Below, in pieces: positions 51,101 to 62,375 of a stretch of 64,000 nucleotides of DNA (positions within the stretch are counted from its first letter, which is position 1; each line of letters starts with the position of its first letter). The stretch spans positions 1-64,000 of the forward strand of contig JAQGDQ010000147.1 of assembly GCA_030141605.1 (NCBI GenBank), read 5' to 3'. The notes beneath the pieces were generated by a model. The model saw only the letters and a list, made by a program, of their open reading frames with translations, was not told where the DNA came from and made no database searches. This DNA comes from Tubiluchus corallicola. Lineage: Eukaryota > Animalia > Priapulida. The position numbers were made by a program, and so were the translations under genes.

Positions 51101-53877
51101 TTGGGGAATTCTATTGTTTTGCTATATTTGCTTGATGGTATGAATCAGTGTTGCAGTCAGGTTTCATAACAGTGCTGGGTCAATGCAGGAGATGTTATTA
51201 ATTCACATGGTGTTGCAGTAAACAGAATCTTGCAAGGGAATTTTTACTATTTAAGATAGAGATTTTAAGCATCAGATTTTGCTTTTATACTTGCCAAGAA
51301 TGAAAAGATAGTGAGTGGCTTCAGACGATTTTGAATTTGACGTGTAGGTACTTATACTTTCTTGTAAAATTATTTGCTCATAAAAATTATTGTTCAAATT
51401 CAGTCCTGCCAGCTAATGAGTCGAGTCATGTTTCATATTCACTAGTACTACTCTCATTCATAAATATGTGCAATCGTTGAGTCAAATCGAGGCAAGTTGG
51501 CTTTATGCTCTTTTATTTCCAAATGCCATCATTAAATTGATGGTCTAAAATCTCATTCCGAAGAGCAGTCTTGACTATGTCCCTTCCGCTGAAAAACTGG
51601 CAAAGGTAAGGCCAACCGTGTCTTTGTCCTCGAGGCACGGGCAGTTGTCAGCACGGACAAAGACCAATATTATATTCTTGTTGGTGACAGCCTTGCATAA
51701 TATCATGTCAACTTCTGCATAGGGCAATATCTCCATATACAATTAGGATTATAACTTATGTGCTGGTGAATCTATGCTTATGGTAAGTAATGATATAAAA
51801 ATCATCTCGGCAAGTAGAATCAATAAGTAAGTTATGTAGAATGGCTAGTTGTACAGTATATAGTCAGTGCTAGTTTACTGAGCAATAATTGTGCAACACG
51901 TAAAGGATATGTGGGTATTGGATTTTGTGGTTTTACCTCATTTGCTAAGTAATAAGGTGGTGCTTAAAGGCAATTTTTTATTAGTTTTATACATGGTACA
52001 AGCAGTGGTGAATGGTCAGCTAATGGTAGTCAGGGTGCTATTATGACCTTCTGGAGCCCCTAGGCTAATGAAATTATGGGCCCCATTTTCGAATAATGAA
52101 AATATTGATATATTTTAGCAATACTTGCGTAGTTTAAAACTAATATAGCTTACAAACTCTTTTAATAAACTAGAATAGTTATCTTTTGTTTTACAATAAA
52201 AATGTTCTTTAAGAGATACCACAATTTTACTATTTATTGCAAACTAAATTAGAACATATTCCAACACAAGCATCATGGAGAAACAGATTTTTGCCAACGG
52301 TTACCAAAGCCCGAGGGCCAGTAGGCTGCACCCTATACTAGCCAATAGGATAATTCTGCCCTGCCAGTAATGCTTCTGAGACCTTGTATAGAAATTGAGG
52401 AAATATGGTATCACAATTTAGTTGTCTACTTTCCAAATTCTGTTCACAGTCTTTAGAATTAACATCAGTTTGTCCGAAGATTATTCTTACTAGTTTTTCT
52501 GTTAAAAAATGTGATTTTTTTGGCACTCAGTGACAGCTGCTGTAATGGGCATTGTTAATTGCAAAGATTTCTAATTATGTTTTTGCATGTTTTCAGGGTT
52601 CTTGAATCGCATTTTCCATCCGAATATTGACGAAATGTAAGTAGATCTTCCATCATCATTGCTGTTTCCGACCCTCAATAATTGTTCTTATCTAGTTGCA
52701 TTTTTTTAACATAAGTTCTAGCTACTGAAGTGGAATAAAAAAATCATTCGTTAGCAAAAGTCTGCGATGACCCGAGCAGGAAGTCAAATTTTTACCAAAA
52801 ACTAGTTGTCCAGAAAGCATATGTTCTTGGGTGTGAGTGCCAATGGTGGTGCAAAGGTTTTAGTTTTTCTTCCATGCATTTATATGATGATGTTGCCAGT
52901 GAAATTGTCAACAAACTTTTTGGACAACAAAATGGCAGAACTGGATGCTAAAATTCCCCCTTTTAATTCTATAATATTTTGATAAAGCAATAATTATTCA
53001 TTTGAATATTTTAATAGTTGCTGTAGCCGATCTTACCTGTGTGTGTAAGTAATAGCTTACTAATCTTCATACTTGTGTAAATTCGTTTACAATTCCAGAA
53101 AGGCTTACTTCTCACTAGGGTCATCTAGTGAGTGTTTTTCTAGTTTCTCATTTAGTTGGTACACAACCAGCCTCTCTTTGTGCTGATTATTTACAAGATT
53201 TTTTGTTTTTTCTTTCCAGCTCCGGAACAGTCTGTCTTGATGTCATCAATCAAGCATGGACAGCACTTTATGGTATGTAAAAACTCTTATACACGTTATC
53301 ATCAACTAGTTTAAGCATCTTGAATAGCCTTGTCTTTGGACTCGATCTTTAGTTTACATTGAAAATTACAAGGTTGCAGATTCAAAGCTGGTTGTTGTTC
53401 TATTTGTTCTTAACATTACTAGTGAGAGCAAGACGTGTTTGAACATCCATACTTAATTTGCAGTATGCTCTACAAAGAATTTTTAGTGCAATTGAATTTT
53501 TTGGGCAAAGAACACTTTTAAACTGAGAAAGGTGATAGTATTAGCAATTATATGTACTGTTCAAAAAGACATCTAGTCATTGGACATAGGGTTACCAAAG
53601 AATTTGGATTGCAAGTTGCATCAATCTTAACTGTGCTTAATTGACTTATATTAGAAGTACAAATAATTATTCAAATTCTATTAGCAAGGAATTGGGGTAA
53701 ATTTTACTTTAATTTCACATATCCTTGATCTTTGTGAGTAAAACAAATTGGCTGTAAAGTAAGGAGTGGCTGACATCATGATTCATCATTTCTAATGTTA
53801 GTGTACTTTGCTGTGCAAACTGTAAATCATCTGAATATAGCTGCATTTCAGCAGTGTTGTTTAACACTGCAACTAGC

Positions 53878-53908
<31 letters not shown>

Positions 53909-56367
53909 ATGTTCTCTTCAAGTTTAGGTGGTTAAATGCATGATAAAATTGACAATTCGATTAAATGAAAAAAGGGAATTTTATAGCATGCCTTAAAGAA
54001 CTTTCCATACAAAGTTATTTTACTAAACGTTACGCTTACCTGTTTGCAAAACTTGTGTAGTTGGAATAAAAAATTCTTAATAATTTAAAATATTTGGGAC
54101 ATCTGGCACCATCCCAGTGTGCACTCACTGATACTGATATACCAGAAAAGACATTATTGATATTGCTGACAATTATAGGTAATTTAAAGTTTTGTTTAAT
54201 TAGTGAAGAGTGTGCTACGAGTGCTGTGATTATTGTTTCAAACATAATATGACTGTGCCTGTGTTTTGCTTTCAGACCTGTCCAACATATTTGAGTCTTT
54301 CCTTCCTCAGCTGCTGACGTATCCGAATCCGATTGATCCGCTGAATGGTGATGCTGCAGCCATGTACCTGCACAAGCCAGAAGAGTACAAGAAGAAGGTC
54401 TCAGGTATAAATAATGCAAAATGTAATTATATCAATGGAACCACCGGCTGATGCATCACAATTTGTTGTTCAGAAATTTATAACTTTGTTTAATAAACTT
54501 AGTACAGTACTTGCTGTTATTATTTTTATTATTTGCTGCCTTAGGTTTTGATTATATTTCAGAGCTACTCACTGCTTTGCTTTTTTATATCAACTTGCTA
54601 CGAGTCAAAATATCATTTTTTTCTGTTTTTCTGAAGCAAAATGTATCGTCTATACGGCCATTAGCTGTCATGTGCACGCGTAATAAATTCCAAGTAGGCG
54701 TTCATAAATGAAAACTATCAGCGCATTTAAGATAGCACCTTGAGTGCTAAGGTGACTCAAGCTTTGGCTTAAGGTGCTAGATTTTCATTTTATTAATCTG
54801 TCAACTTCACTATATCAAAAGTGGTGAAATTTGTCTTACAATTAAAAAATGGTATATTAATTTGAAGATTTTCAAATACAGCAGGCGCCCTTAGTAGACT
54901 CACTTTGGGGCTGACGTGTTTTGACCCAATTAACCGACTGAACCTATTAACTGATGGGTGTAGTATTACAGGTATAGAAATATGAGTCATCAGCTTACTA
55001 TGCACTGCAAAGGTTTTTAATGAAGTTTAGAAACAAACTAATGTCTAAATTCCTTTGTGCAGTTAAAAATTTGAAAAAAATATTTTAAAATATTAATTTA
55101 TATATGTGAATTAGCAATAAACTAAACTCATACTTTAAGTATAAAGTATAACTATAAATTAAGTATGCTTTTCTAAATCACAGACTTTTCTAAGTCTGTT
55201 TATTCGCAAAAATTACAAAAATTCCTTCAAAGTCGGCTGGTTCATTTTCTCGCAAAGAAGTTGGCCCATAAAGTTCTGGTAATTATAAAAATGTTGAAAA
55301 TCTGTTGTTGTGCGTGACTAAAACAGTTCTGAATCGTCTGCTCGCTTGCATTGCCCTTATTTGCTGTACGATGTTTACTCTTGTAAGTCACAAGGAATAC
55401 CGGCTGATTACTGTAACTGCATCTTTGACTGTTAACTCATTAAGCCTGAAAGTGTGATTTGCAACGAGACATCAAAAAGAAACTGCTAGGCAAGTGATTA
55501 AGTGTTTAGCTTCCAGAAATTCTTTGGTTAACAGTGGGCGAGTGGGTAACAGGTTCAAAGCAAAACTGCTACTCTAGCATATTAGTGCATGATAAACTTA
55601 CCTGCTTATAAACAAAACGGTACTTAACATGATTGTTTCTGCATTCATAGTGCACAAAGGGGAAGTAAAGATGACATTAAAGTAGGAAAGGTTCTTTTGG
55701 CACATACAAATATCTTATTTTAAATAGGTGAAGGAAAAATATTGAGTCAATTATGTGGAGTTATTTGAGTCAATTACCGATAATTTTTATGTATATATTG
55801 AATAAAAGCGGCCTCTTACAGGCATTTTTGAGTCATTTAAGCAATTGAGTCTATTAAGTGGTGCCTACTGTACTTCAAAATTTCAGTGACCGGAAGCAGC
55901 TGTCTCCGTTATCGGTTTGTATAGTTTTTGAACTTGCAGAAAACTTTGACCGGAGGAGTTGAGAGGGTTTCAAATTCACTAATTTATAATGGCTCTTTGT
56001 TATTGATCAATGTTAGCAGATTGTGCATAGTGTACCATTATCACCATATCAGCAGCGCTGTTTCCAGCACACCTATTAAATTATTGCAATTGAAAAGTAA
56101 TGTGCCACATTAACTGGTTAAAAGGAACTGGATAAGATTAGAAAAGGTATGATTTAATGGGCACACTTTTTGGTGCTGTTGTGAACAAGTTTGACAGAAC
56201 TAGTTTGCTGTCAGCATGGCTTCACATATGCCATTTTTGAATTTCCAGAATACGTTGCCAAATATGCAACTGAAGAGGCGCTACGGGAGCAGGAGCACCT
56301 CTCCTCATCCAGCGAATCGAGTATCAGCGACTTTTCCGAAGATGAAGCACAGGACATGGAGCTTTAA
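45173..56367 (+). CDS. UBE2H: Ubiquitin-conjugating enzyme E2 H (Ubc8 orthologue)
   Basis: Exons 45173-45225, 48463-48539, 50762-50836, 52597-52636, 53220-53272, 54276-54404, 56249-56367 = 546 nt, 181 aa: [38 protein letters not shown]...[26 protein letters not shown]...[13 protein letters not shown], nearly identical to UBE2H; HPN motif and catalytic Cys present. Confidence 0.97.
47579..48364. mobile_element. Foldback/MITE-like element with long modular inverted termini
   Basis: GGTTTTACATGTCAAATGTAG ... CTACATTTGTCGTGTAAAACC, flanked by TATA on both sides; CAAATGT modules in the left arm and ACATTTG modules in the right arm. Confidence 0.8.
48121..48330 (+). repeat. 60-bp tandem repeat, about 3.5 copies
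   Basis: tctacattt(g/c)acttacctaagtcacatttgagttaccaaaacac... starts at 48121, 48181, 48241 and 48301 (partial); copies 2 and 3 are identical. Confidence 0.95.
52031..52363. mobile_element. Possible degenerate hAT-type MITE
   Basis: CAGGG ... GCCCTG ends with gggccc/taggct subterminal motifs; TSD poorly preserved. Confidence 0.4.
53877..53902. repeat. (TG)n microsatellite
   Basis: About 12 TG units. Confidence 0.9.
55755..55873. mobile_element. Fragment of a dispersed MITE-like repeat (copy 2)
   Basis: Aligns by eye to 24995-25138; ends CCTACTG-TA, like a Tc1/mariner-type terminus plus TA. Confidence 0.6.
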
Positions 56368-56644
56368 CCTTTGTGTCTGCCGTGAAACGGCATTATCGTG
56401 TGTATAAAATTGTAGATAACGTTCATGTAATATTAAATAAGATTTGCTTGATTGTTCGTGGAAGCACCGTGTAGGCTCTGGCCAACAAAATTTAAAACGA
56501 AATTTTTTCGCTTCCTTGGTCCTTTCGTGTCACCTTGTAGATCGTGCTTCACCATTATTATGTAAATTTTTCAAACAGTGTCTGCTGATTTGAAAATCAC
56601 GTAATTTCATTTATGCTGTAGAGGTCATTCAAATCATTTATTTA

Positions 56645-57067
56645 CCGTATTTTCCCATGTATAAGAGACCCTTTTTTGCTCAGAATTTTCACTTTAAAAA
56701 TAGGGGGTCTCTTATACATGGGAGTAAGTCTTTTCAATAAGATGCATAAATTGGGTCCTCAAGGCATGGAATGGTGTAAAGCCAGAGGTCATTATTAAAT
56801 CTTTCAAGAAGTGTGGCATCTCCAATGCCATGGACGGCACAGAGGACAATGCCATTTTTGAGCAGAGTGACTCCTCTGATGATGAACTGGCTGGAATTGC
56901 TGAAGGTCTGACTCCAGTTGATATTTTTGATGAGAGTGATGAGGAATTTAATGATTTCTATGATGAATAAAGTTATTCATTACCAAAAAACTTTTTTCCA
57001 GAATTTTTGCTTAAAAATTGAAGGGGTCTCTTATACACAAGGGTCTCTTATACATGGGAAAATACGG
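56645..57067 (+). mobile_element. Internally deleted pogo-family (Tc1/mariner superfamily) DNA transposon
   Basis: Perfect 27-bp TIR CCGTATTTTCCCATGTATAAGAGACCC, TA on both sides, internal repeats of the TIR motif, and a transposase C-terminal remnant at 56752-56970 (WVLKAWNGVKPEVIIKSFKKCGISNAMDGTEDNAIF...DEEFNDFYDE*). Confidence 0.92.
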
Positions 57068-59505
57068 TAGTTGAAACAAAAATTGAAAACGCTTTGCAGG
57101 AGTGTATTATGAAGCTTTTAAATCATACTTCTTTGCTGTTCGTGTAAAGAGGACTCATTTTGCAAGAGCACATGAGTCACTGTTTCCCTAAGTTTTCGCA
57201 AATCATCAATTAAATCTCAGTCACCAAAATGGAGTCAGGACTCGGGGAGCATAAAAATGCGTTGTTTGGTGTTTTCAGCTCACCAAAGCTTTGCTTTTAT
57301 GATTTTTTAATGTTTTTTCATCCCAGAAATATGTTCAAACGTACTGACATTTTTAACAATCGTTATTTTTAATTGTGTTGACTCACACCAGCTTTCGGTT
57401 GCTACTGCCCAAAATGATCGATTTTCAACTGACTGTTTGTTGCAGTTATCCTCTGCTGTTGGCAGTTGATGAAAAATTGTCACTTGTATTTTGTTCACCA
57501 AAATGTTTGTGATAGATACGAGATCGACTGTTTTAAATTTGATGTGATAATAAATTACCATGTCATTGGGTAGTTTTCATGCTACCCTAGTGGCCATCCT
57601 ATGCTGTGCTTCCAATACTATTTTATATTTAAGCCCCTCCCCAAAGAACACTATTAAGTTTTATACTTTCGCATATATATATATATGTTTTTACTATACG
57701 AGTTTGTTGTTTTTTAGTTTAAGTAGCAATATATTTTTTTGTTAAGAATGTAGTAATTACTCTGTAATTATTCACTGATGATGAAGACATGGAACTACAC
57801 TACAAAAGAAGTACTAGTAAGGAATTATTTTGTTTAAAAATATTATAGGTTTGTAGGAAAGCATAACCACGAAACACATTAAAATTTTAGTGCACAAAAG
57901 TTTATAAGCATATTACTTTGTGATTAATGTGATAATAATGAATATGGTGTTTAACTTCTTACATATTTGCAAACTGTAGAAAGAATAATTGTTTTTCTGG
58001 CTGCTTTATATCAGATTGCAGAATTGGGGAAATAACTGTAAGCAGTATGGTCGCCTAATTGCGACAGTATTTTACTGTCATAGTTTTTACTCCTAATGAA
58101 TGACAAATACGTTTTTACCCAAACTGGAATGACCATTCTAATCTTCTTGGTAAAATGAGCGAATCGTAAAGTCTAGAAAACATTGTTTCATCATCCTCTT
58201 TTAACTTCAAGGAAAATAAACTGCAGAAGAGCTTTGCAAAAATATTTTGCAATCGTTCTCACTGTCAAGCTTCTGGGTTTTCAGGACACGATGCAAGAGA
58301 AATGGACGGTAATCAGAAATTTGTTTAACACTGAGTTCATTGCATTGTTGTTTTTATCTGACAAATTGTTTTGTGTAAACACAGTAAAATGCGGCTCAAA
58401 TGAAATCCATTTCATTTTTTTTAGATTAGTTAAGCCTACATACTTATGATGATGGTGTATTATGCATTTCAGTTATAATTTAGTGCTCCATTAGTCTTGC
58501 AAATTTTGTTAATGTCTACAATTAACCCTATTTGCTGATATCAAAATAATATTTCATAGTACTCCAGTGTAAGATAAACTGTTTTTATAGATGTGATGAA
58601 ACTCCCAAGTCAGGCTCGGGTAGTTAATGTTTTTACATCAAAATAACCTACTGTTGTTTTTGTCTGTGTCTCTGTTTTAGTCCATTGCCATAAAATAACT
58701 ATAATATTGTAAGATACTGATTGGAGTCTGAATCGTTGTGTTGTATACTATATAGCTAAATAAACTTGATAATCACATATAATAAATTTTATTTTGTTGA
58801 ATTTTTGACTAGGGCAGATCTTTGCAAACAACTGTAGCACAGCAATAACTAATAAACTTAGTACTGCAACATGCAAACCTACTGCCAAGCTTTGCTAAGT
58901 TGGGAATAGCAGGTTCGAGTCTCGCCTAAACTTCTTTTTTTATTTTCTTGTTTCTGATGGATGTGATCATTCGTTTGTGAATGTGTGAAGTGTTACTGTT
59001 ACGTAACAAACATTTCAGGTAATGAACAATGAAAATGCAATGGTAATTACGTCACTCTCAACGTTTTTATTGTTTACGTACAACAATTAACAGTCACATT
59101 ATTGCGAGTCCCTTTCTTCACTTTACAAATACAACAATAACTGGCATGCAGTTTATAAATACAACATGTATTATGCAAATCACTGGCATAGAACTTCAAA
59201 ACGCATCAACACAAAATTTCATTCAGATTATAGAGGTGCAGTAAGTATCAATGTTTCAAACAGCGAGCTTGAAATTAACAATAAGGAGTACTAAAGCTGT
59301 TAATCCTGTCAGTTTATAAACTTTACTTAATTAACTGTCAGACAAAAGAATCATCCCGCCCGATCTTCCTAGTTTTCATTTGTTTCAAGGTTTCAATATT
59401 GTCAGCAATTTTTCTTTCTAATAAATCCTTACAGCTTTCTGGCACAGCCATAAAAGTGTGCAAACTTTCAAGAAATTAACCAAATATCTGTGCAAACCTG
59501 AACAC

Positions 59506-59888
59506 TAGAAGTGAGCATCGAATGTTCAAATTTGAATTCGAACGAGTTTTTTTTTAGTTCGAATTCGATTCGAACCTAAAATGTTAAATTAGAATAATAC
59601 AGTACTTAAACCAAATGCATTCCTTATCGTTAACACATTTGAAACTTCATGCAATTAATACAATTTAGCTGTGATTTCTGTGCACAAGTTTTAAACAAAT
59701 TATTAGTGATTTTACTGCAGAACGAACTCAAATAACACGCATAATCTATGTAAGACCTCTTTTGCTGGTGGTTCGAAAATTTTTCAAACAGAGTTCAAAA
59801 ATCGCAATACTGAAATTCAGTTCCATTCGAATTCGAAAGTCAAAAATTCAATTTGATTTCGATTTCTGGTAGAGAATGCTCAGCCCTA
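59506..59888. mobile_element. hAT-type MITE with TTCGAA subterminal repeats
   Basis: Imperfect TIR TAGAAGTGAGCAT / ATGCTCAGCCCTA; perfect 8-bp TSD CTGAACAC at 59498-59505 and 59889-59896. Confidence 0.88.
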
Positions 59889-61582
59889 CTGAACACAGGC
59901 GCCAAATCTTCCCGAGGATCTGATGCCCATTTGCATTTCAATTACAGCAGGTTCAAGACACTGACTAGCCACAAATTCCAGGCTCTACACCAGAGTGCAG
60001 TGTGAGTTGTGATCAGCTTCAAAAATCAATTTAAACACCAAATAAGCTTGAAGATGAATGATGTCACTTTTTCTTAGTGTGCCATAATACAAGCTGCGAC
60101 AAAGTAGAACGTCCACACTGACTCCGATTGATGGTTTAAAATTATTACTTGAACACGTAGATCAAACTACAAATTCTATTAAGGTGCTGCTACAGCATCA
60201 ACTTATTAACTTCTCTCATGATCAGCTGCTAATCTGACTGATCTTGATCACTGATATTAACACAGCAATGTCATAAACGATAAAAGTGGTAACCTTGTTG
60301 AGGTTTCAAAACTGACTATTTACTAGCCTAAGTAAATTATAAGTTTTGTAAAGTTTCTCAGCTATGTGCATTGTTCAACTTCGAAACGACGTCTTCTAGC
60401 ACTGCTACCAATAACAGAACAGTAAAGATGCTTTGCAAAAGTTTACAGGAAATCACAGAAACTACTGCATCAGTGGTAAATTTAACAAATGTAATTGCAC
60501 ATTGGAATGTGCAGAGAGATTTTTATAATTTCTTTAATTTAATAAATTGGCTCAAAAGCTTTCAAATGAATTTAAACCTGCACTAATTCACACATGCACA
60601 AAACTCTGCACTGTTCAACTAGAATAACTTGCTTATTATTAACAAACATAAATAATTATAATACAGCACTTAATAAAACTAAACAAAAAACAACAAATGG
60701 CTAAACAAGCTTATAAAATAAGTAAAATTATTGTAATGCCCAAATAAAGGATTTTACTTTTTACCCAAATTTTACGAGTGACCACTTTAGAACGATAAAA
60801 TTTTAGTGTAGAATTATGAAGCAGAATGTGTCATGGCAACAGTTAAAAATGGAAAACTGACTGGCAGACCAACTAAAAATTTCAAACAGCTTATCAATAG
60901 TAACATAACAATGCGAAAATGGATCAAGAAGCCCTCATGTGGAATGCCAAGCCAACAAAGTGAAAAGTGATTCTTTACCGTCACATGAAAAACAAGTGGA
61001 GCTTTTAGGGCTTTTGCAATATTAACACTGGTTCCCAAATGCCAAATTCAACTTGCAGATACACTAAACTAAAAAAGCTTCTTTTTTCATGCGAATGGAC
61101 AACTCTTAAATAAAATTAAATAAATTATAAAAACTGTGCCAACTTTAGCACATTTAAACAAATCAATAAAAATAAACATAAATAATAGCTTACACAAGGG
61201 CAGAAATTCTAAATGATAAGCAAATTTTATAAACAGGCATAAAAAAAATTAAAGAAAACCAAAATATTCTACAGTTCCACGATTCTAAAAGCAATACATA
61301 TAGATGTCCAGAAACCACAAAATTGGTAGTGTTTATATATTTTACATTTTACACAAGTGCTATAAACCGTAAAGTAGTGCTGATATGGCATGAAAACTTG
61401 GCACGGTGAAGTAAATCAAGGTCAACCAATGTTTTGGTAAGAAACGATTGGAAAATTATTATCATTGCGAACAAAAGAACTCGAGAATGCATAGTAGCCA
61501 TCTGGTTTCTAGACCAAATTATGAAGATAAGTTAACTATAATACAGACTATTAGGTTTGCTATCCCATTTTGAAGTAAAAAG

Positions 61583-62029
61583 TAGTGTTGCTCCGGATTA
61601 CGAATACCAGACATTATCGAATATTTCCCCAAATTGACTTTCGGATTATAACCGGAGAGGTTAGTTAAATTCAGATCGAATGTGCGGATCAGTTTAGATA
61701 ATAAAAAATTCGTAAATGTTTGCAAACTTCAAGCATTTTCATTTAGTCATGTTAAGGAACCTAGCCTGAAAATACACCGTATTATCACATACAAACGAAG
61801 AAAGATGCGTGCAAAATTTTCGTCTTGAAAAACACAAATATAGGTTAAAACAATCTCTAAGTTTTTTTGTAATATTTTATTTATTTATTTTCGGTTGTTA
61901 AATTACTCGAAAACTGTTTTCAATTGCCCTTTATGAAAACCGGACAGCGAATATCAAATTTTTATAACTACCGGATAATATCGGATATCACTATTTTCGG
62001 ATACAATTCGGATATCCGGAGCAACACTA
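61583..62029. mobile_element. hAT-type MITE with CGGATA subterminal repeats
   Basis: Perfect 16-bp TIR TAGTGTTGCTCCGGAT; 8-bp TSD GTAAAAAG / GTAAAAAC (7/8). Confidence 0.88.
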
Positions 62030-62375
62030 GTAAAAACCAAAAAGTACATATTTTACTAACGTGTTCCTCTAACTAGCAAACAGCTAAATGCATGTAACAG
62101 TGAACACTAACAGCGGGACAATGAAATTAATCTTCCATGAAAATAATTCTCTCACACAAACATTTTTGAAGAAACATTTTTCCTTTCAATATTTTATACA
62201 TTTGAACACTTTTAACATTAGTTTTGGTTTTCGTTCAAGTGTATGTAACAGTAGCATTAAAAACGCCTAAAAGTTTTGACTAAAAGAGCAATTAAATTAT
62301 AAACATACCTACAACAATCAAGGAGGGAAAGAGAATTTTCTTCACGATCAAACATTGGCAAACAGAAACGTGTTT

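Noticed and set aside
51570-51735. GC-richer patch with a faint zinc-knuckle-like reading (QRKGHSQDC) on the - strand
   Set aside because: Needs a frameshift and substitutions; too short to support a retroviral gag call
58895-58940. B-box-like GGTTCGAGTC followed by a T run
   Set aside because: No A-box at the right spacing and no cloverleaf
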